From positions 1 to 52,379 of the IMG/VR virus record IMGVR_UViG_3300012667_000994: a stretch of DNA of 52,379 bases. The stretch is one strand, 5' to 3'. Below the pieces are notes generated by a model, which saw only the letters and a program-made list of their open reading frames with translations, searched no databases and was not told where the DNA came from. Shown here piece by piece: positions 48,101 to 52,379 of the stretch; positions within the stretch are counted from its first letter, which is position 1, and every line of letters starts with the position of its first letter. This DNA comes from a virus. Its lineage: Duplodnaviria > Caudoviricetes. The position numbers and the translations under genes are program-made.

Positions 48101-48375
48101 TCTCTATTGGTTAACATTTCCCCTTCAAATTCTCTTTTGGTTTGGTCTGCAACGGCTGGTGCTGTAATAATTACTTCTCCACCTTGAACCTCAATTGGTT
48201 GCCCAGTAGATTTATTAATACCTTTTATTCCACCCTCTTTGTGTAATTTGCCAACAAAATAACCTCCTTGAGTTCCTTTGTCGTGAATTATTGTTTGACC
48301 TTGTCTTTTACCTACTAAAACTCCCCCTGCTGGAGATTTTTTTGCTTGTTCTTCGGTTATTGTATCTTTTTTCAT
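45130..48375 (-). CDS. modular protein 1: GxxHxxGG/GGE module, DUF5824-like, DUF5661-like and beta-clamp-like domains
   Basis: GKLHKEGGI..EVQGGEVII; QWAMARVYS; GIEVESEHT..IAKDHL.ENPNYY; GKDDL[KR]PV..G...IDG.YPNY.A.IP twice. Confidence 0.75.
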   Translation of the reverse strand: MKKDTITEEQAKKSPAGGVLVGKRQGQTIIHDKGTQGGYFVGKLHKEGGIKGINKSTGQPIEVQGGEVIITAPAVADQTKREFEGEMLTNREILSKINEKGGGVSLENGGEIYYNGSSYNYGGKTMTDYEIMQSMNDCSCEDEYDYGGFFKDGGYVSYKDKYNLKFNYPKGTSHDLEEISKDTGVSIKGLQKIYNKGIGAYKTNPESVRPNVKSKEQWAMARVYSAVMGGKASKVDSNELKMNYGGGLSKEKSIEDIAEMHNVTISHIKSQLRKGIEVESEHTTDKNMQEKIAKDHLVENPNYYTVLDKVGLEGGGQLDLVDESKKGDHTSRDLNNYNDLMDVGVDGQFGAETGLFGDGGSLKPYDANMEGDSADTMYKDGGATLSAEVFEWDKVPTNYRNISKVKKVPFTNNPLDKGLDSIISPFLGKDDLKPVGMGINFDKNGITATDFHKLITLPYPNEKYEGIYDINRVKKIKADQPILIDGNYPNYEAIIPKYNVIKPYEVDVYKLLQYTKTAMNYANKITRGISFKFGDNDRIGFNGSLLSEVLTASLKLGHEKLYAFITQPNRAMVLSPTKDYEVGSDEILLIMPIMLTSTFGTITGYGTSDPDYNRSLKAYFDFNDSEIHNADGSVAEFKMQYENNLSVDDDYLALLSKITSKRNRLAILDYAKVEDGKMTATDLEISLVVKDVNMPNGIYEIVNKAPNITMQPIEDFPSERVFNKDEYETHRQEKRQTAFEFVTFSEVFEFYLDKLLLSVGKDDLRPVMSGICIKKTAQNEMFLVTTNAHTLCKINITDFCDFDKDDRELEYILPTKYLKDFIKLADGSLHFKCNLTNIFIEADNLEYIARVIDGKYPNYDAVIPRESTKAIVFDHVVMNKCLKSQEMTNLVSKYKGQKDILFDFFNIGDTLNVKVSESKSYNVQSDLIETIELCKIDLNYKEVENNLSLDQSVFLLMPSKDNFKENQYFSFRKEFFDTMLETITDTEVECYFTEPNRAYVFPIDAIDYKKTLPVEKTKQQKLSKKDLEQIVELEDMKEVLESNELQEAIETLEMLMQTAKGKDKKDIKEALEIIKMLNENN

Positions 48376-48487
48376 ATTTTACTATAATAATTTTCAAATG
48401 TAATAAATTCTATTGAAACATAAAAATAATATTATTTATAATAAGTTTTATATTTTAAACAAAATTAGGCATTTAAAATTTTTTTGC

Positions 48488-48495
48488 TACATTTG
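48488..48495 (+). promoter_or_regulatory. -7 element (TACATTTG)
   Basis: Consensus match upstream of ATG 48533. Confidence 0.6.
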
Positions 48496-48532
48496 TTGGG
48501 ATAAATATTTATTAACTTAAAAAAAATTAATC

Positions 48533-48649
48533 ATGGGTGCAGGATTTTTTGACATCAAAAGTGCTAATTGGCTTGGTGGTGTGAATGTTCACAACACAGT
48601 AACAATTGGTTTACTTGCGTTTTTGGTTTACAAAGCAGTAAAAAAATAA
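48533..48649 (+). CDS. 38-aa membrane protein (not in ORF track)
   Basis: MGAGFFDIKSANWLGGVNVHNTVTIGLLAFLVYKAVKK; A-rich leader, own promoter and terminator. Confidence 0.75.
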   Translation: MGAGFFDIKSANWLGGVNVHNTVTIGLLAFLVYKAVKK

Positions 48650-48663
48650 TTACTCTTTTAAAC

Positions 48664-48695
48664 AAAAAAAATACCCACCTAATTGGTGGGTTTTT
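48664..48695. terminator. bidirectional intrinsic terminator
   Basis: ACCCACC-TAATT-GGTGGGT flanked by A and T tracts. Confidence 0.8.
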
Positions 48696-48698
48696 AAT

Positions 48699-49067
48699 TT
48701 ATTTTTTTCTTTTCATTGGTCTTGTTTTAAAAAAGCCACTTTGTCTTGCGTGTTTCATGTTTTCTTCATTAGTACACCATTCTAAATTTTCAACTCTATT
48801 GTCGGTTTTAATTCCGTTTTTGTGATTTACTTGAGGTTTACTAAATGGATTATCAATAAAAGCCAAAGCAACTAATCTGTGTTCCGTAAAACAATTATTT
48901 TTTCCATCTTTTGACAAAACTCTTTTTACATAACCATATCTATCAATACTTCTGCCAATTAACCTTTCCTCAAAAACCCTTTCGCTAATTAAACGCTTAA
49001 CATTTCCTAAATTTGACACTTGGTATAATCCCTCAAAACCAGCTATGTCTTTCCAAATTTCTTCCAT
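48699..49067 (-). CDS. NUMOD4-HNH homing endonuclease
   Basis: EIWKDI.GFEGLYQVSNLG; HRLVA.AF...VNHKNG.KTDNRVENLEW.T..EN. Confidence 0.93.
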   Translation of the reverse strand: MEEIWKDIAGFEGLYQVSNLGNVKRLISERVFEERLIGRSIDRYGYVKRVLSKDGKNNCFTEHRLVALAFIDNPFSKPQVNHKNGIKTDNRVENLEWCTNEENMKHARQSGFFKTRPMKRKK

Positions 49068-49074
49068 AATTTTA

Positions 49075-49184
49075 CAAAAAAGTAAAGCCCTTACAAATCC
49101 AAACGCACTCGACTTCGTTCTTCATTATAAGAGCCAATTTTTTTAAGTTACTATTTGTCGAGTGGTAACTACTCAACAAATGTA
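49075..49184 (-). promoter_or_regulatory. promoter plus structured 5' leader (two hairpins with complementary loops)
   Basis: TACATTTG at 49177-49184; loops CACTCGAC and GTCGAGTG. Confidence 0.65.
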
Positions 49185-49195
49185 GTAAAAATTTA

Positions 49196-49390
49196 TTAAT
49201 CTTCTACTACTTCTCTTTTTACAACATCAATTTTAGCTTCTTCTAATCCTTTTAATTGTTTTAGAATATCTTGTTGTGTTAACTCTAAAAGACCTAAAAG
49301 TTCTATTGCGTTAAAACCATCGTTTCTTCTAGTCATGGTTTTTTTACCATCTATATCTTCGATGGTAATTGTGTAAACTTGTTTTGACAT
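49196..49390 (-). CDS. hypothetical protein
   Basis: 64-aa ORF in operon. Confidence 0.7.
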   Translation of the reverse strand: MSKQVYTITIEDIDGKKTMTRRNDGFNAIELLGLLELTQQDILKQLKGLEEAKIDVVKREVVED

Positions 49391-49394
49391 AATT

Positions 49395-49661
49395 TTATTT
49401 TATTAATTCATACGTTTGTTCAAAAACATCTGGTTTGCAAGGATAAAATTCTCCTATAATTCCTTTAATAATAAAATCTCCTTCAGTTGCTATATGTTGA
49501 CCTTCAAGAGTAGGTATTATGCAAGTTGCTATACCATTTATTCTTCTTTCAATAGTCAAGCTATGTGCTTGAAAATCTGTAAAATCCCTTATTTCTTGAA
49601 AGTTATCTCTGGTAAATTTTACAGCTTCAATAACTACTGGTTTTTTTCTGTACTTTGGCAT
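49395..49661 (-). CDS. conserved phage protein (KYRKKPVVIEA family)
   Basis: IPTLEG...GDFIIKG..GEFYPCKPD.FE.TY. Confidence 0.8.
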   Translation of the reverse strand: MPKYRKKPVVIEAVKFTRDNFQEIRDFTDFQAHSLTIERRINGIATCIIPTLEGQHIATEGDFIIKGIIGEFYPCKPDVFEQTYELIK

Positions 49662-49665
49662 AATT

Positions 49666-49932
49666 TTATTTATTCCAAGTTATATACTTTACTAAAGACA
49701 TTTGAGCATCCACAATTTTATTGAAAGCGTTTGTTCTAAAAACGTTTGCTTCCCAACTTTGCATAGCTTTTCCGTTATCTGTTTTTTCTTCTTCAGCTTC
49801 TTTTAGCAAGTCTAATGCTTCTGCCATAATTTGTTTTGCTTTGTTTACCTTTTCATCTCCAGATGGATTAAAAGTTAAACCTACTGCTTTCTCTCCAAAA
49901 GTTAATTCTCTTTCTGTATAGTTTAAATCCAT
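49666..49932 (-). CDS. Acb2/Tad1-like helical hairpin protein (candidate signalling-nucleotide sponge)
   Basis: GEKAVG.TFNPS...V...K...A...D...A...I..AQM..VK..TW; recognised from memory. Confidence 0.5.
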   Translation of the reverse strand: MDLNYTERELTFGEKAVGLTFNPSGDEKVNKAKQIMAEALDLLKEAEEEKTDNGKAMQSWEANVFRTNAFNKIVDAQMSLVKYITWNK

Positions 49933-49974
49933 AATATTTATAGCACTTATCCTTGCAATCGGTTTCTTGGTTTT

Positions 49975-50199
49975 TTAATAATTTAATTCTTTTGGTTCTG
50001 AAATTGGCTCTGAAATACCGCAAGTTCCAAAATTCCCTTTTTCTTGTTCATTCCAATTATCAGGTGTTTCTTTATAAAAAACAAGTTTTAAATGGTATTT
50101 GATTGTCTGAACTTGATTTTCATCAAGTTCTTTTAATTCAGATTTTTTTGATAATTCAAAAAAGCCTTGTAGCCAATAACAAAAGTCTAATGAGTTCAT
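49975..50199 (-). CDS. conserved phage protein
   Basis: FCYWLQGFFEL...Q...IK.HL.LVF. Confidence 0.75.
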   Translation of the reverse strand: MNSLDFCYWLQGFFELSKKSELKELDENQVQTIKYHLKLVFYKETPDNWNEQEKGNFGTCGISEPISEPKELNY

Positions 50200-50231
50200 A
50201 ATATTTGTAGCACTTATCCTTGCAATCGGGA

Positions 50232-50420
50232 TTAATTATTATTATTTTCAGTTTCTGTAATAGGTTTTGTTGTGGTACAAAAACCGTCATAAATTAACTC
50301 TTCTTTATTTTTTTCATTGTAAAAAAAATGTTCAGTATCGGTTGCATCTGTGATTACATATCCATCATTTTGCACTGTTAGTCTAATTTTAATCGGTAAT
50401 TTTAATAATATTGTTCCCAT
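50232..50420 (-). CDS. hypothetical protein
   Basis: 62-aa ORF behind the repeated leader. Confidence 0.7.
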   Translation of the reverse strand: MGTILLKLPIKIRLTVQNDGYVITDATDTEHFFYNEKNKEELIYDGFCTTTKPITETENNNN

Positions 50421-50458
50421 AATATTTGTAGCACTTTACCTTGCAATCGGTTTCTTGG

Positions 50459-51736
50459 TTAAATTAATTTTAAAATTATTTGTTCAAACTTTTTAGCAAT
50501 ATCTTTCCACTTCCACTTTTTAACGTGGTTGTATGCGTTTTGAATAATAGTGTTGACTTGTTCTTGAACTTCTACTTCTTCATTTTGAATATTGTAAACA
50601 ATTCCACAAACTTGAGCCACTTCCTCTGGGTTTGAAATAAACCTAATTTTCTCAAAGTCATTTACGAAAACGGCTCTTTGCATGAACTTAAATAAGAAAG
50701 CATTATTACCATTATCGGTAATTTCTTGTATAGAAGTATGTCTTGGTGCGACAACTAGCTTTTTAGTCGCCATTGCCTCCACAATACTTAATCCCCAACC
50801 CTCTGCCGTAGTAGTTGTAATGAAGCAATCAAAAGTATTGTAGATTTTATTTAATTCGGATTCGGAAATACCATTATTTTCATTAAAATCTTTTGGGAAA
50901 AATATATCCGTTCCAACATCCAAACCTAGTCTTTCAGATAATCTAAAACAATCAATACCCATTCTGTCTATTGGGTTACAATGAATGTATAAAACAGCAT
51001 TGGCTTGAGTAGTGTGTTTAAACATAGCAAATCCCATCATAAGAGTTGCTAAATCCTTTCTAGCGGAATTACGATTAACGCTACCAAACACAAAAACATC
51101 ACTTTTTCCGAAAAGTTGTTCTTTGGTTTTACTTAATTCAAATTTATTGTCGATAGGGTAAAACACTTCGGTATCTATTCCATGAGGAATAACTTTTATT
51201 TTTTTCCAGATAGATTCTGAAACAAGTGGTTTTAAAGTTGCTTTACCATACTCGGTGTAGGTAATTACTTCATCAAATAAATTTAGCACCCCACAATCGC
51301 TTGGTCTTGGCTCACTATCTATTGGAGTATATAAAATGTACTTGGTTTTCTTTTTGTTGGCTTTTACACGTTCTTTTTTTACGTTTGCCAAATGCTCGGT
51401 CATGGAATTAAGCACCTCAATATCATTTAGTGCAAAAAATACATCATATTTTTCGGAATATAGAGTTTTAAGCAATTCTAGTCTTGCATAGTTATCTTTG
51501 TTCTCATCTGCTACTAAACATGGGATTACAAATACGTTTGGTTGGTAGTTGTATGGTTTTTCCGATAAGTCATTAATAGCTAATACTACAATGTTGAAGT
51601 TTTTATTTTTGCTCCAGTTATCAATTAGTTGTTTCGATACGTTACCGAAACCAGTTGTGCAATTAAAATCCCCATAAAAAAGGATATTTGCAACCTTGTC
51701 TGCTTTTTTAGTTTTTTGGCTGTGTAATACTTTCAT
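50459..51736 (-). CDS. GT4-family glycosyltransferase
   Basis: TGFGNVS, IPHGIDT, NRNSARK, EGWGLSIVEAMA. Confidence 0.9.
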   Translation of the reverse strand: MKVLHSQKTKKADKVANILFYGDFNCTTGFGNVSKQLIDNWSKNKNFNIVVLAINDLSEKPYNYQPNVFVIPCLVADENKDNYARLELLKTLYSEKYDVFFALNDIEVLNSMTEHLANVKKERVKANKKKTKYILYTPIDSEPRPSDCGVLNLFDEVITYTEYGKATLKPLVSESIWKKIKVIPHGIDTEVFYPIDNKFELSKTKEQLFGKSDVFVFGSVNRNSARKDLATLMMGFAMFKHTTQANAVLYIHCNPIDRMGIDCFRLSERLGLDVGTDIFFPKDFNENNGISESELNKIYNTFDCFITTTTAEGWGLSIVEAMATKKLVVAPRHTSIQEITDNGNNAFLFKFMQRAVFVNDFEKIRFISNPEEVAQVCGIVYNIQNEEVEVQEQVNTIIQNAYNHVKKWKWKDIAKKFEQIILKLI

Positions 51737-51741
51737 TTATT

Positions 51742-52128
51742 TTATTTTTTTCTATATTGAGTTACTGCTAATAAATAACCTTGTAACCACATTATTTTTT
51801 CTCTTGGGGATGTTTCTGCTCTTAACTTTTCTGCAACATTTTTAACGAAGGCTTCTTCTCCTAATTTCATAAAGTGAGAAGGGTCTGGTATTTCTGCTAC
51901 TTCTTTTTCTTTAGCAACATCTTCTTGATTAAGAGTGTCTTTTTTAGAAGATTGCATTTCTCTTAAAATTCCATTTTGAGCGGAATATAAAGTTCCATTG
52001 TAGTTAAATTCAAAACCACTATCTCGCATACATATAGTTAGTTCTTCTTTTTCTTCTGTTACTAATTTAATTGGATTAAAAACATTTTCCAACTCAATTG
52101 TTCTTTTTTCGTTTACTGATAGTTTCAT
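51742..52128 (-). CDS. hypothetical protein
   Basis: 128-aa ORF. Confidence 0.7.
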   Translation of the reverse strand: MKLSVNEKRTIELENVFNPIKLVTEEKEELTICMRDSGFEFNYNGTLYSAQNGILREMQSSKKDTLNQEDVAKEKEVAEIPDPSHFMKLGEEAFVKNVAEKLRAETSPREKIMWLQGYLLAVTQYRKK

Positions 52129-52131
52129 ATC

Positions 52132-52350
52132 TTATTTGTTTTTAAATTTTACATCTTTGATTACTTTTTCTATTTGATTTTGTAATGATGGGAAGCCATT
52201 ACCATTTAATTTTTTAGCAACAATTTCCAATGTTTCAAGCATTTCATTGTATTTAGCATCTTTTTGATTTTCCATTTCTTTGGCTATTTCAAGTGTTTGT
52301 GTTATTACAGTTTGATATTCATAACTATTTTTATCAAACATATTTTCCAT
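52132..52350 (-). CDS. hypothetical protein
   Basis: 72-aa ORF. Confidence 0.65.
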   Translation of the reverse strand: MENMFDKNSYEYQTVITQTLEIAKEMENQKDAKYNEMLETLEIVAKKLNGNGFPSLQNQIEKVIKDVKFKNK

Positions 52351-52379
52351 TCTTTTTAATTCTTGAAATAACCATTCAA

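Larger units (their letters stand above)
49930..50460 (-). repeat. three copies of a 33-43 nt leader ending at start codons
   Basis: (AACCAAGAAA)CCGATTGCAAGG[AT/TA]AAGTGCTA[C/T]AAATATTATG at 49930-49972, 50197-50229, 50418-50460. Confidence 0.95.

Noticed and set aside
48568-48825. 85-aa plus-strand ORF in the track
   Set aside because: Crosses a terminator and overlaps the HNH gene; the 38-aa ORF at 48533 has better signals
49930-50460. Repeated leader as a CRISPR repeat or attC site
   Set aside because: Spacing equals whole genes, the repeat includes the start codon, it has little dyad symmetry, and no cas operon or integrase is in the window
1-52379. Eukaryotic giant virus or bacterial chromosome origin
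   Set aside because: Holin/endolysin genes, Bacteroidota promoters and intrinsic terminators point to a bacterial virus; no housekeeping genes are present
1-52379. Stop-codon reassignment, tRNA or rRNA genes
   Set aside because: ORFs tile densely under the standard bacterial code; no cloverleaf or rRNA-like segment was noticed in the short gaps (not computationally scanned)

Overview
An AT-rich, gene-dense 52 kb fragment of a virus genome; both ends lie inside early-type genes. The host is most likely Bacteroidota (Flavobacteriia-like), because TAnnTTTG promoter elements recur, Shine-Dalgarno sites are not evident, and peptidoglycan hydrolases and lysis genes are present. The left arm (+) encodes a DNA methylase, a split PD-(D/E)XK nuclease and RecT. 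A ~43 kb mostly minus-strand block looks like the morphogenesis region, yet I recognise no terminase, portal, HK97 capsid or tail genes in it. Instead it has an FtsK/HerA (A32-like) packaging ATPase, a beta-rich major capsid candidate with a truncated paralog, more than 35 small single-pass membrane proteins, membrane-anchored muralytic enzymes, a collagen-like GTS fibre and a DUF285 adhesin. This points to an unusually large tailless, membrane-containing virus. Other highlights: (i) three large modular proteins punctuated by about 30 [FYLM]xxGG motifs, possibly processed polyproteins, with a permuted papain-like enzyme as candidate protease; (ii) a fibre glycosylation/sulfation cluster (Aah/TibC-like heptosyltransferase, sulfotransferase, APS kinase, HxGH nucleotidyltransferase); (iii) a kissing-loop RNA leader before an HNH gene; (iv) a repeated leader heading small genes, one of them Acb2/Tad1-like. 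All family assignments come from motif recognition by eye, not from database searches.
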